DNA from: Longimicrobiales bacterium
GTDB lineage: Bacteria; Gemmatimonadota; Gemmatimonadetes; Longimicrobiales; RSA9
Reading direction: 5' to 3'
Length of the DNA: 64,000 nt
NCBI GenBank assembly: GCA_035513295.1
Contig: DATKCH010000001.1
Span: 1 to 64,000, forward strand
Shown here piece after piece: positions 34,933 to 44,516 of this stretch; the first letter of the stretch is position 1, and every line of letters starts with the position of its first letter. The notes below the pieces were generated by a model. That model did no database searches. It was not told the DNA's origin and saw only the letters and a list, made by a program, of their open reading frames with translations. Made by a program: the position numbers and the translations under genes.

Positions 34933-37833
34933 TCACGGCCCGTCGTCCACCAGGCGCGCCAGACGTCGTCGCGCCGCGGCTACGGTGGGCTGGAGAACGG
35001 GCTCCGCGTCGGACCAGAGGCTCACGAAGCGTCGGTAGTGGCCGGCGGCGGCTGCACGGTCCCCTTCGGCCTCCAGGATCTGCGCGATGCGCAGGTGCGC
35101 GGGCGCGGCGTAGAGGAGCTCGTAGCCGTCCGTCAGGCTGCGCAGCCAGCGCAGCGCCTCCTCGCTGTCGGCTTCCTCGAGCGCGATCATGGCGCGCAGC
35201 CAGCGGTCCGGCGACCGGGCGAAGAAGGGAGAGATCATTACGCGCTCCGTCGGCGTCCGGGGCAGGGGGCCGCCCAGGTGGTGGGCCGCCGTAGCACGAT
35301 CTCCGGCCGCCGCGGCGGCGTGCGCGCGTACGCTTTCGGCGAGCGCCCGGCCGAGCGCCGCGGCCTCGTCCGACCGGCCCAGGCCGTCCAGCGCCCGGGC
35401 GTAGCCGGCGGCCGCCGGGGCGTCCCCCAGGCGGACGGACAGGAGCCCGAGCAGGTACAGGCGGAGGTGCCGGTGCGCGTCGGCGTGCGCGCCCAGGAAG
35501 AAGCCGATGTTCGGCGATCGGGCGCCGGGATCCCAGCTCTCGAGGTCGCCACGCAGGGACTCGAGGAGTGCGGTGTCGGCGGGCGCTTCGGGCAGTAGCG
35601 CGAACAGCGCGGCGAACTCGCGCGTCCAATCGGGCTCGGCCGCGGCCGCGGCGTCCAGGTGCGCGCGCGCCGCCGCGGGCCGGCCGCGCGCGGCGTCGAT
35701 CGCGGCCCGGAGGACGCGCCCGGCGGCCGCGAGCTCCGGCGTGTCGAGCGGCGGATCCGCCAGCGCGCCCAACTCGGCCGCCGCCTCCAGGTCCCCCAGG
35801 TTGGCGGCCAGCCGGCCGAGCGCTACCCCGTAGGTGATGGGGTCGCCCGAGCCGAGGATCTCCCGCACGCGCCCGCGCTCGGTCTCGTCGCCCCACGCCG
35901 CCGCCCTGACGGCACGCCACGCGACCGCCTGATCGCTCGTGGAATCGACCAGTGCGTAGAGAGAGTCGAACGTCGCGTGGTCGCCCTCGGCGGCAGCGAA
36001 CTCGAGCAGGTGGAAGCGCGCCTCGCCGACGCCGGGATCGATCGCGACCGCGCGCCGGAAGGGCTCGCGGGCCTCGTTCGCCGGCCGCCCGCGCAGCGGA
36101 TTGTAGTGGACCAGCGCCTCCCCGAGCCCGGCCCACGCTTCGGGGTCGTGGGGCGCCAGCGCGACCAGCGCCTCGTACGCCCGCTCGGCGCGGTCCGCGT
36201 CGCCTTCCAGGAACGCCGCCCAGGCATCGACCAGACCCCGCTCCCGCGCCGGGAGCCGCTCCGCGTGCCGCTGCGCAGCGCGGATCGCCACCCGCGCCCG
36301 CTGGAAGTCGAACGCCCACTGCGACGCGGCCGAGAGCCGGTAGTGCGCCAGCGCGTACGCCGGATCGTCGTCCACGGCGCGCTGGAAGGCCTCGATGGCG
36401 TCCCAGTACCTGGTGGCCCGGAACGCCTCGGCGCCCTCCTGGAAGGCACGGAACGCCGAGAGCGAGGAGGTGCTGCGCGCCGCCACGCCGCTCAGCGGGT
36501 CGGCTCCGCGAGCGGCCAGCAGCTGCGTCGCGATGCCGTCGACCAGCGCGAAGAGCGAATCGGTCGGTGCCTCGCCGGACGCGCTCGCGCTCGTACCGCT
36601 AGCGCTCCCGTCCACGAGCCGGGCTTCGATCCGGAGACGGTCCCCGGTCGCGACGACCGACCCCTCGATCCTAGCCGGCGCGCCGAAGCGCGCGGCCAGG
36701 TCGGCGGGCGTGAGGTCGGGACGCCGGGCGGCGAGGGAAAGCACAGCCCGGGAATCGACGACGCTCAGGCCGCCGGCGCCGTCCAGCGCGGGGGCGAGCA
36801 GCGTGGGAACTCCCTGGGCCAGGAAGGCCGCGTCCTCGGGGTCGCCGGGCACGCGAAAGGGGGGGATGACGAGCGCCACTCCGGGTCCGGCCGCCGCGGC
36901 GCGCATCAACCGGTCGCTGTCGGCTCGCCACCAGAGCGCCAGCGCCGCCAACGCGAGCAATACGGCGGCGGACGGGAAAGCAGGAAAGCGGCGGCGCCGC
37001 CGCCGGCCGCCGTCGCCGGCGATCGAGGCGGAGCTCCGAACCGGCGTGGGCGACGCCCCGGCAGGGGCCGGCGCATCCGCGGGCCGCGCCTCCGCCGGGC
37101 TCACGGGCAGGCCCACCGGTCTGGGGTCATCCCGCAGCCGCTCGGCGAACGCGGCCACTTCGGGGTCGGGCTCGGCGTCCAGTTCCTCGCGTAGCAGCGC
37201 CGCGTGGATCTGCGCGTGTCGGATCGCCTCCGCCCGTTTCCCCGCGGCCTCGAGCGCACCCATCAGCCCCAGCGCGACGCTGGCGTCGAAGTGGTCGTGC
37301 GCCGCGAGGCGCCGCCACCACTCCGCGGCGCGCGGGGCATCTGCCGCCTCCTGCGAGGAGCGAGCCAGCGTCCGCAGCGCCGCCCCGTAAGCGCGCGCGA
37401 GTTCCGCCCGCTCGCCGTCCGCCCACTTCTCGAAATCCGACGCGTCGTCGACGTAGAAGCCGTCCAGGAACGGGCCCCCGTACGCCTCCACCGCCGTCTC
37501 CAGGTCGCCGCGCTCGAGCGCCGAGACGAAGTCGTCCAGGTCGCTCGGGAGCGCCGACGGGTCCAGGCGCAAGTCGTCGCCGGGGGTGTGCACGACGGCC
37601 TCCCCCAACTCCTTGCGCACGACGTACAGCGCCTCGGACAGGAGACGCCGGGCGCGGTCATCGTCGTGCTCGGGCCAGAGCAGGCCGACGATCCGATCCC
37701 GACTCACGACACCACCTCGCTGCGCGGCGAGGATCGCCAGGAACGCCAGTCGCCGCCGCTGCGCGGCGCGTCCGCGGACGGGCCCGTCGGGCCCGGTCAG
37801 GGCAGCGCTCCCGAGTAGCGTCAGTCGGATCAA
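34933..37833 (-). CDS. Membrane-anchored SARP/BTAD-family transcriptional regulator with a large C-terminal TPR domain
   Basis: Starts with TTG. Has an N-terminal winged-helix SARP domain (IRLTLLGSAALTGPDGPVRG...LAFLAILAAQRGGVVSRDRIVGLLWPE), a BTAD helical domain, one TM helix (FPSAAVLLALAALALWW) and about 600 aa of TPR-like repeats. There is no receiver domain. Confidence 0.7.
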   Translation of the reverse strand: MIRLTLLGSAALTGPDGPVRGRAAQRRRLAFLAILAAQRGGVVSRDRIVGLLWPEHDDDRARRLLSEALYVVRKELGEAVVHTPGDDLRLDPSALPSDLDDFVSALERGDLETAVEAYGGPFLDGFYVDDASDFEKWADGERAELARAYGAALRTLARSSQEAADAPRAAEWWRRLAAHDHFDASVALGLMGALEAAGKRAEAIRHAQIHAALLREELDAEPDPEVAAFAERLRDDPRPVGLPVSPAEARPADAPAPAGASPTPVRSSASIAGDGGRRRRRRFPAFPSAAVLLALAALALWWRADSDRLMRAAAAGPGVALVIPPFRVPGDPEDAAFLAQGVPTLLAPALDGAGGLSVVDSRAVLSLAARRPDLTPADLAARFGAPARIEGSVVATGDRLRIEARLVDGSASGTSASASGEAPTDSLFALVDGIATQLLAARGADPLSGVAARSTSSLSAFRAFQEGAEAFRATRYWDAIEAFQRAVDDDPAYALAHYRLSAASQWAFDFQRARVAIRAAQRHAERLPARERGLVDAWAAFLEGDADRAERAYEALVALAPHDPEAWAGLGEALVHYNPLRGRPANEAREPFRRAVAIDPGVGEARFHLLEFAAAEGDHATFDSLYALVDSTSDQAVAWRAVRAAAWGDETERGRVREILGSGDPITYGVALGRLAANLGDLEAAAELGALADPPLDTPELAAAGRVLRAAIDAARGRPAAARAHLDAAAAAEPDWTREFAALFALLPEAPADTALLESLRGDLESWDPGARSPNIGFFLGAHADAHRHLRLYLLGLLSVRLGDAPAAAGYARALDGLGRSDEAAALGRALAESVRAHAAAAAGDRATAAHHLGGPLPRTPTERVMISPFFARSPDRWLRAMIALEEADSEEALRWLRSLTDGYELLYAAPAHLRIAQILEAEGDRAAAAGHYRRFVSLWSDAEPVLQPTVAAARRRLARLVDDGP

Positions 37834-37857
37834 ATGGTCATGCCGGTGGGGAGATGC

Positions 37858-40659
37858 TCAGGGCACTTCCAACCAAACGCGCGCGGCCGGGGGGGCCTCG
37901 GCGCGGGCCGCGACCGGCAGGGTGAAGTAGAAGGTCGCCCCGGACCCTGCCTCGCTCTCCACCCAGATGCGCCCGCCGTGCGCGGTCACGAAACCCTCGG
38001 CGATGGACAGGCCCAGGCCGAGGCCCTCCCTGTCCGTGGCGCGCGCCTTCCAGAAGCGCCCGAACACGTGCGGGATCTGCTCGGACGGGATGCCGGGGCC
38101 ATTGTCCCGCACCGCGAACCGCACGAACTCTCCGTCGGCCTCGCAGGTGAGCTCGATGCGGCCGCCCTCGGGTGTGAACTTCACCGCGTTGCCGACGAGG
38201 TTGGAAATCACCTGGAGGATGCGCACGCGGTCGACCTCCACGTCGCACAGACCCTCGCCGCGCGTCGCGGCCAGCTCCAGCCCGCGGGCCGCGGCGAGCG
38301 GTTGCATTGTGGTGATCGCCTCCTCCGCGATCGCCCACGCGCTCTGACGCCGCCGTTCCAGTCGCAGGGCCCCGGCGTCCAGCTCGCGCGTCTGCAGGAG
38401 GTCCCCGATGAGCCGGTTCATCAGCGACACCGACCGCTCGATCGCCGCGCCCAGGCGGCGCACGCCCGAGTGATCGACGTCGCCGAGGGACTGCGCGGCC
38501 ATGCCGATCGTGTTCAGGGGATTGCGGAGGTCGTGGGCTACGACCCCGAGAATGTCGTCGCGCGCGCGTTTGGCGACGAGCGCCTGGTCGTACAGATCCG
38601 CGTTCTCCACGGCCAGCGCGGCGCGCGCCGCGAGGTCGCGCGCGAGGGCGAGATCTTCACGCGAGTACAGGCGCCCCGACCCCGAGAAGCTGAGGACGAT
38701 CGCGGCGACCGTGCGGTCCCGCACGAGGACCGGCACCGCCAGCACAGACCTGGGCGCGAGCGCCCTGTGCGCCTCCCTGTAGGCGTCATCGGGCGCCGCC
38801 TCGAGTGCCAACTCCAGGTCCAGATCCGGGAGGACGAGCGCGCACCCTTCCTCGAACAGTCGTGCAAGCGGGTGCCCTCCGGCCTCGTACTCGTCCAGCT
38901 GGCGCAGCGCGTGAAGCACGACGGGCTCCAGTTCCGGGTCGACGTGCGCGACCCCCACCCGGCGCAGCGTGCCGCCTTCCTCCAGGACGTCGACCCAGCC
39001 GTAGTCGGCCAGTTCCGGCACGGCGAGCTGCACTACGGAGGCGAGCGTCGTGGCGTAGTCGAAGGAAGTGGCGAGCGCGCGGCTCGCCTCCGAAAGGAAC
39101 TCCGAGCGCCGGTGGGCGGCTTCGGCTTCGCTCCGGGCGGCCTGCTCGCGGATCAGGGTGCGGGCGTTTTCCTCGGCGCGGCGGCGTTCGGTGACGTCGC
39201 GGACGAACGCGGTGAAGAAATGCCGGTCGCCGTCCTGGTAGCCGCCGAAGAGGACTTCCACCGGGAGCTCCCGCCCGTCGGCGGTGGACCACGACCATTC
39301 CCGCCCGGTCCAGTCGGGGTCGCTCATGCCCAGCTCCATGTAGGCGGCCACGCCCGCGCAGAAGTCCGCGCGCGCGTCCTCCGGAAGGAACGAGGAGATG
39401 TCGCGTCCGAGGAGCGCCCGTTCGTCCAGCCCGACGAGAGCCTCCAGCGCCGCGTTCGCGCTGACGATGCAGGCGGCCTCGTCCAGCACGAGGATGCCGT
39501 CGGGGGCGGTCGCGATCAGCGCGCGGAAGCGAGCCTCCTGCGCTCGCACGCGTTCGATCGAGCTGCCCTGCTTGAGCGCGAGGGCGATCTCGTCGCACAC
39601 GGACCAGAGCGCGTCGCGGGTGGCGGCGGGGATGGGCCTCGAGTCCTCGATCACGGCGACGCCGAGGAGGTCCTCGCCCACCTCGAGCCGCATCGCCACG
39701 CGGTTGGGGGGCAGCCGGGTACCGCCGGCTTCGGCAGTTCCGGCGAGCGGGTCGGCGGACTCCCCCCGCAGAACGGCTTCGACATCCCGGTCGCTCGTGG
39801 TGGGCGTCGCTCCGTCGACCGCGTGGCTCGCGAGCAACTCCGCCGACCCGTCATCGCCCGGCCGCCACAGGCCCGCGAAATCGAGACCGAGGTGGTCCAC
39901 GAGCAGCCGCACGCAGCGCTCCGGGAAGACCCCGGTCCCGAGGCCCCCTTCGGTGACCACCGCGCCGATGTCGGCCTGAAGACGCGCCTGGCGCCGCTGC
40001 GTGTCGTAGTCCCGCTCCAACCGGTGCCGCGCGATGGCGGAGCCCAGCAGCTGGCCCGCCGCGCGCAGGGCGCTCTGTTCGGAGGCCGTCCACACGCGCT
40101 GCCCGCGGCATTCGTCGAACCCGATGAAGCCCCACCAGTCTCCGTCCACGTGGATCGGAACGTGGATGAGCGACTGGATCGCCTGCGGCGACATGAGCCG
40201 CTGCGCCTGCTCGGGAACGCTGTTCACGTGGGCTTGCATGATCTCGCCGTCGGCGAGGCCATCCTCCCATACGTCCAGGCCCGCGTCCCGAAGCGAGAGA
40301 TCGCGCAGCGCGGGGTTGTCGATCTGGGGGGTCACCGCAGTCGCCACCCACTCGCCCCGGCGGGTCACCACCGGGCGCCCGTCGAGGTCGGAGCGCTTGA
40401 AGAGGTAGGCCCTGCTAACCCCCGCCGCCTCCCCCAGCCGGGCCAGCACGAGGTCGAGGTTGGTCTGCCAGTCCCCGCCGCCAAGGAAACGCTCCGCCGC
40501 GAACACGACGGCCTCCATGATCGCGTCGTGCAGGAAATCGGGGGCGGGCGCGGCCGGCGGGTTCACGGGGCTCGCCTCCGAGACGCTTTCCAGCAGCACG
40601 TCGGCACCGCGTGAGCGGCGTCGACCCGCCCGCGCGCGTGAATCACGTATCGGTTCCAC
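37858..40659 (-). CDS. Cytoplasmic multi-sensor histidine kinase (GAF-GAF-PAS-GAF-HisKA-HATPase_c)
   Basis: Has an H-box (ILGVVAHDLRNPLNTI), and N/G boxes (LVGNAVKFT, RDNGPGIP, GLGLGLSIAEGFV). There is no TM segment and no receiver domain. It ends 24 nt before the SARP gene. Confidence 0.85.
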   Translation of the reverse strand: MEPIRDSRARAGRRRSRGADVLLESVSEASPVNPPAAPAPDFLHDAIMEAVVFAAERFLGGGDWQTNLDLVLARLGEAAGVSRAYLFKRSDLDGRPVVTRRGEWVATAVTPQIDNPALRDLSLRDAGLDVWEDGLADGEIMQAHVNSVPEQAQRLMSPQAIQSLIHVPIHVDGDWWGFIGFDECRGQRVWTASEQSALRAAGQLLGSAIARHRLERDYDTQRRQARLQADIGAVVTEGGLGTGVFPERCVRLLVDHLGLDFAGLWRPGDDGSAELLASHAVDGATPTTSDRDVEAVLRGESADPLAGTAEAGGTRLPPNRVAMRLEVGEDLLGVAVIEDSRPIPAATRDALWSVCDEIALALKQGSSIERVRAQEARFRALIATAPDGILVLDEAACIVSANAALEALVGLDERALLGRDISSFLPEDARADFCAGVAAYMELGMSDPDWTGREWSWSTADGRELPVEVLFGGYQDGDRHFFTAFVRDVTERRRAEENARTLIREQAARSEAEAAHRRSEFLSEASRALATSFDYATTLASVVQLAVPELADYGWVDVLEEGGTLRRVGVAHVDPELEPVVLHALRQLDEYEAGGHPLARLFEEGCALVLPDLDLELALEAAPDDAYREAHRALAPRSVLAVPVLVRDRTVAAIVLSFSGSGRLYSREDLALARDLAARAALAVENADLYDQALVAKRARDDILGVVAHDLRNPLNTIGMAAQSLGDVDHSGVRRLGAAIERSVSLMNRLIGDLLQTRELDAGALRLERRRQSAWAIAEEAITTMQPLAAARGLELAATRGEGLCDVEVDRVRILQVISNLVGNAVKFTPEGGRIELTCEADGEFVRFAVRDNGPGIPSEQIPHVFGRFWKARATDREGLGLGLSIAEGFVTAHGGRIWVESEAGSGATFYFTLPVAARAEAPPAARVWLEVP

Positions 40660-40954
40660 TGGCCTGGCCGCTCGTCGTACGGTTCCGGGAGCTCCTCATT
40701 AATCCTTCCCCGCGCTTCACGTCCGGGCAAGCACGTTCTGGCGACGCCGGCGGTCGGCGATTTCCGCACCCGCTCGAACGCACGCGCACCGCGCCCGGGT
40801 CGTCGGTCGGAACGGCAGCCCGAGGTAGTCTATGGCGACCGGAGCGGGCGGGCCATGCCGGCAAGGCGCCCGATCGGCGGCCAGCGCCGCCGAGGGCATT
40901 GCGGAGGGAGATCTTTCCTTCCACCGTGATGCTCCGACCGCAAACGAGCTCCCG

Positions 40955-41686
40955 ATGACCGCACAATCCCGATCGGACTCCCCGCTGCTCGTCGCCTTCG
41001 ACGCCGATGACACGTTGTGGCACAACGAACGGATCTTCACGGACACGCAGGCCAGGTTCCGGGAGCTCCTGCGGCGACACTGCGATGAATCCGTCATCGA
41101 GCAGCGCCTCTACGACACCGAAATCCGCAACCTCGGCCACTACGGCTACGGAGTGAAGGCGTTCACGCTGTCGATGGTGGAGACCGCGATCGACCTCACC
41201 GACGGCGCGATCACCGGCGGGGACGTCAACGCGATCCTGGACATGGGGCGTGAGATGCTGAACGCGCCGGTGGAGCTCCTGGAAGGCGTTTCCGAGGTGA
41301 TTCCGATGCTTGCCGGACGGTATCGCCTGATGGTGATCACCAAGGGCGACCTGCTGGATCAGGAGACGAAAGTCGCGCGCAGCGGTCTGGGCGACCACTT
41401 CGATTTCGTGGAGGTGGTGTCCAGGAAGGACCGCGGCGCCTACGAGCGCGTGCTGAACGCCCACGGCGCGCATCCCGTCGAATTCGTGATGGTCGGCAAC
41501 TCGCTGCGGTCCGACGTGCTGCCCGTGGCGGAGATGGGTGGCGTGGCGGTGCACATCCCCTACCACACGACCTGGGCCCACGAGCAGGTCCGCGACGGGA
41601 CCACGGAGGACCTCCCCTACACCCGTCTGGAGCGGATTTCCGAGGTGCCCGGCTTTCTCGCGGGACTGGCGAACGGGTCCCCATGA
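40955..41686 (+). CDS. HAD-superfamily hydrolase
   Basis: Carries motif I (LVAFDADDTLW) and motifs III/IV (VITKGDLLDQ..., MVGNSLRSD). Start is MTAQSRSD. Confidence 0.7.
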   Translation: MTAQSRSDSPLLVAFDADDTLWHNERIFTDTQARFRELLRRHCDESVIEQRLYDTEIRNLGHYGYGVKAFTLSMVETAIDLTDGAITGGDVNAILDMGREMLNAPVELLEGVSEVIPMLAGRYRLMVITKGDLLDQETKVARSGLGDHFDFVEVVSRKDRGAYERVLNAHGAHPVEFVMVGNSLRSDVLPVAEMGGVAVHIPYHTTWAHEQVRDGTTEDLPYTRLERISEVPGFLAGLANGSP

Positions 41687-43749
41687 CTCCGCCCGCGTGG
41701 CGTCAGCGGGATCGAGCCGCTCCAGCCCGGCGGCCCGGTCTCGGCGGCGCACGCCGCCCGAGGGAGAAGCTTGGCCCCCGGAGCCGGTGCCTGGCCCTGC
41801 CGGTGGCGATCGCGGCGCTCGTCCCGGCGCTCGTTTCGGCCCAGGCCGGCGACCTGGGCTACTCGGCGGCGGCCCTCGAGGCCGCGCGGGCCGCCCAGGC
41901 GCGCTTCGAGCGCGTACGCCGCACGCAACTGCCCTGGACGCTGTCGGGATCTGGGAGCGCGTGCGGCGAGGTCGTGGGCCGGTTCTGCTGGCGGCCGGAC
42001 GACTCCGACCTGGAGCTTCCCTCGGAACCCGACGGCATCGGCAGCGCGCGCCTCGGGCTGCTCATCGAGCTGGCCGGCCTTTCGACCCGCATCCCCGGAG
42101 ATCGCTGGCTCCTGGGCCAGCGCGTGCGCTACCGCATCGAGGGCGCTCAGGCGGCCGCCGGCCGCGCCCGCGCGTCCGGCCGCGAGGGGGACGCGCGCGC
42201 CACCGCGGTCCGGGCGGCGGACTCCGCCGCCGCCGAGCACCTCGCGGCGGCCGAGGCGCTGGCCCGCTCCTGCCGGGACCGGGCGCGGGACGGCTGGTGC
42301 GACGCCTTGCTGGGGCTCGCCCTGCAAGCCGCCGGCCGGGTACGCGACGCTGAGACCGCCTTCGCCGCCGCCGCCGCGCGCGCGGGGCACTCCGATGACG
42401 CGGGTCGCGACATGCGCGATGTCCTCGACGCGGGCGCGCGCCGACTCCTGCGCGAGACTCCGGACACCGCGGCGTTCGTCGACGCGCTGTGGTTGCTCGC
42501 CGATCCGTTCTGGGCGCTCCCGGGCAACGACCGGCGGGCGGAGCACGAGGCCCGGCGCGTGATGGCGCGCATCCAGGAGGACGCCCGAAACGCCTTCGGC
42601 GTCCCGTGGGGCGATGACCTCCGCGAGCTGCACGTCCGCTTCGGTTGGGAGGTGGGCTGGGAGAGGACCCGCCGCAACTCGGGCGCGATGGCTTCTTCGG
42701 CGACCGCGGTGATCGGGCACCAGCAGGACGACGGGTTCGGATTCCTCCCCGCGGGCGAGCTGCTGGTCGATCCCCTCTCCGCCGAGCGCGCGCGCTGGGT
42801 TCCGGACGGGCGGCCGAGACGCGAGGGCTACGCGCCGCCGTACCTGGACGCTCTCTATGACGCGGAGCACCAGCTGGCGGCGTTCCGCAGGGGGGACTCG
42901 CTGCTCGTGCTCGTCGCGCTCAGGCGGCCGGGGTCGGACCTGGCGGGGGACCCCTCCCGGGACCGGTCCGCGGACCGCGCGAGCGCCGGGGCGCGCGGCG
43001 TGACCGGCGTGAGTGGTTTCGGCCCCGAACCGTTCGACGCGACGGCCTTCGTCGCGTGGGGCGGGGCCCGGAAATCCGAGCCGCCGGGTCGGGTGACGGC
43101 CGGCGAGCCCGTCGTCGTGCGCGCGGACCGCGCGTCCGCGGCGGGGCCCGCGAGCGTAGCCCGGATGCGCGCCTTGCTGCCGGCCGGCCCCTACATCGTC
43201 TCTGTGGAGTCCCTCGGCCGCGCGCGGGTCGGCGCGCGCGCGCGCTACGGGTTTCGCCGGGACGCCCTGCCGGAAGGCGTCACCGACATCTCGGACCTCC
43301 TGCTGTACGCTCCCGAGGATGGGGGGGCGGGGAACGGCCCATCCGACGCCCCAGAGCCGCGTGCCTCCGACTTCGACCACGCGGTTCGGCGCATGCTCGC
43401 GCGCGCCGCGGTGCGCCCGGGGGGGGCGCTCGGCGTGGCCTGGGAGGTCTACGGCGTGCGGCCGGAGGGAGAAGCGATCGACTTCGACGTGGCGCTCGGT
43501 CGCCGCGGTGAGTCGTTCGTTCGCCGAGCGGGTCGGTGGCTGGGGTTGTTCGGCGGCGACGCGGCGGTGAGCGTCCGCTGGACCGACGTGGCGCTCCCGG
43601 TCGGGGGCGTGTACGGCCGTACTATCGTGGTCGAGACGCCAGCGGACATCCCGCCCGGTCGATATACGCTGAGGGTCGCCGCGCGCGTCGCCGGCCGCAC
43701 GGACCTGGTGGCCGAGCGCGAGGTGCTCGTCGAGCGCGGCGGACGCTAG
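41683..43749 (+). CDS. Hypothetical secreted protein (688 aa)
   Basis: Has a signal peptide (LALPVAIAALVPALVSAQA). The start overlaps the HAD stop (ATGA). No recognisable catalytic motifs; Ala/Arg-rich. Confidence 0.45.
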   Translation: MTPPAWRQRDRAAPARRPGLGGARRPREKLGPRSRCLALPVAIAALVPALVSAQAGDLGYSAAALEAARAAQARFERVRRTQLPWTLSGSGSACGEVVGRFCWRPDDSDLELPSEPDGIGSARLGLLIELAGLSTRIPGDRWLLGQRVRYRIEGAQAAAGRARASGREGDARATAVRAADSAAAEHLAAAEALARSCRDRARDGWCDALLGLALQAAGRVRDAETAFAAAAARAGHSDDAGRDMRDVLDAGARRLLRETPDTAAFVDALWLLADPFWALPGNDRRAEHEARRVMARIQEDARNAFGVPWGDDLRELHVRFGWEVGWERTRRNSGAMASSATAVIGHQQDDGFGFLPAGELLVDPLSAERARWVPDGRPRREGYAPPYLDALYDAEHQLAAFRRGDSLLVLVALRRPGSDLAGDPSRDRSADRASAGARGVTGVSGFGPEPFDATAFVAWGGARKSEPPGRVTAGEPVVVRADRASAAGPASVARMRALLPAGPYIVSVESLGRARVGARARYGFRRDALPEGVTDISDLLLYAPEDGGAGNGPSDAPEPRASDFDHAVRRMLARAAVRPGGALGVAWEVYGVRPEGEAIDFDVALGRRGESFVRRAGRWLGLFGGDAAVSVRWTDVALPVGGVYGRTIVVETPADIPPGRYTLRVAARVAGRTDLVAEREVLVERGGR

Positions 43750-43754
43750 TCGCC

Positions 43755-44516
43755 TTAGCTTCCTTGGATTCCCGCGGGTCGGGCATACCGGACGTAGCCG
43801 TACAGGACCACCGCGACCGCGGTGGCCAGATTGAGGCTGGACACGCCGGGCCGCATCGGGATGCCGACCTCGAGGTCGGCGGACGCATGGAGATCGCGCC
43901 CGAGACCCGCGCGCTCGGCTCCGAAGAGCAGGACCGCGTCGCGCGGCAGGAGCGCCCTCGCGGGCGGCGCGCCCGGCACCACCGCGACCACAGGGCGCTT
44001 ACCCGCCAGGTCCTCCAGCGACGCCCGCCCCGCCGCGGCAGCGGCGACGGCGAACTGGAGGCCGGCGCCGCCGCGCAACGCGGCGGGGTGCCATGGGTCG
44101 GCGCCTTCGAGGCAGATCACGCCGCCGGCACCGGCCGCGGCCGCGACGCGCACCACCGCGCCCACGTTGCCGTGGTGCGTGGGCCGGTCGAGGACGACGA
44201 TCGGAGCGTCAGCGGCGGGCGTCAGCGGCGGCGCGGGCCGGCGAGCGAGGGCCAGGACCGGCGACGGGGGGCGGGGCGCGGCCGCCCGGAACGTCCGCTC
44301 GTCCACCTCCGCCATGGGGACGCTTAGCAGCGCGTCCTCGATGTCCGGGGCGAGCCGGCGCGCGAGTTCGATCACCTCCCCCCTTTCGACGCAGATCGCC
44401 TCGACGATGTCTCCGCCGAACCGCAGCGCGTGCTTGAGCGGGTGGAAGCCCTCGAGAATCGCCAGCGAGGAATCGCGCCGCGCGGCGCGGAAGCGCTCCG
44501 CCGTGCGCCCGGTCAA
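43755..44516 (-). CDS. TrmH/SpoU-family RNA 2'-O-methyltransferase
   Basis: Starts with TTG, overlapping the upstream gene's stop. Has a SpoU motif (VLDRPTHHGNVGAVVRVAAAAGAGGVI) and a C-terminal trefoil-knot region (EVGIPMRPGVSSLNLATAVAVVLY). Confidence 0.65.
   Translation of the reverse strand: MTGRTAERFRAARRDSSLAILEGFHPLKHALRFGGDIVEAICVERGEVIELARRLAPDIEDALLSVPMAEVDERTFRAAAPRPPSPVLALARRPAPPLTPAADAPIVVLDRPTHHGNVGAVVRVAAAAGAGGVICLEGADPWHPAALRGGAGLQFAVAAAAAGRASLEDLAGKRPVVAVVPGAPPARALLPRDAVLLFGAERAGLGRDLHASADLEVGIPMRPGVSSLNLATAVAVVLYGYVRYARPAGIQGS

Noticed and set aside
34598-36319. 573-aa minus-strand ORF overlapping the SARP regulator gene in another frame
   Set aside because: Extremely Arg/Gly/Pro-rich, which is the typical GC-frame artefact. 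The overlapping frame encodes a coherent SARP-BTAD-TPR protein.
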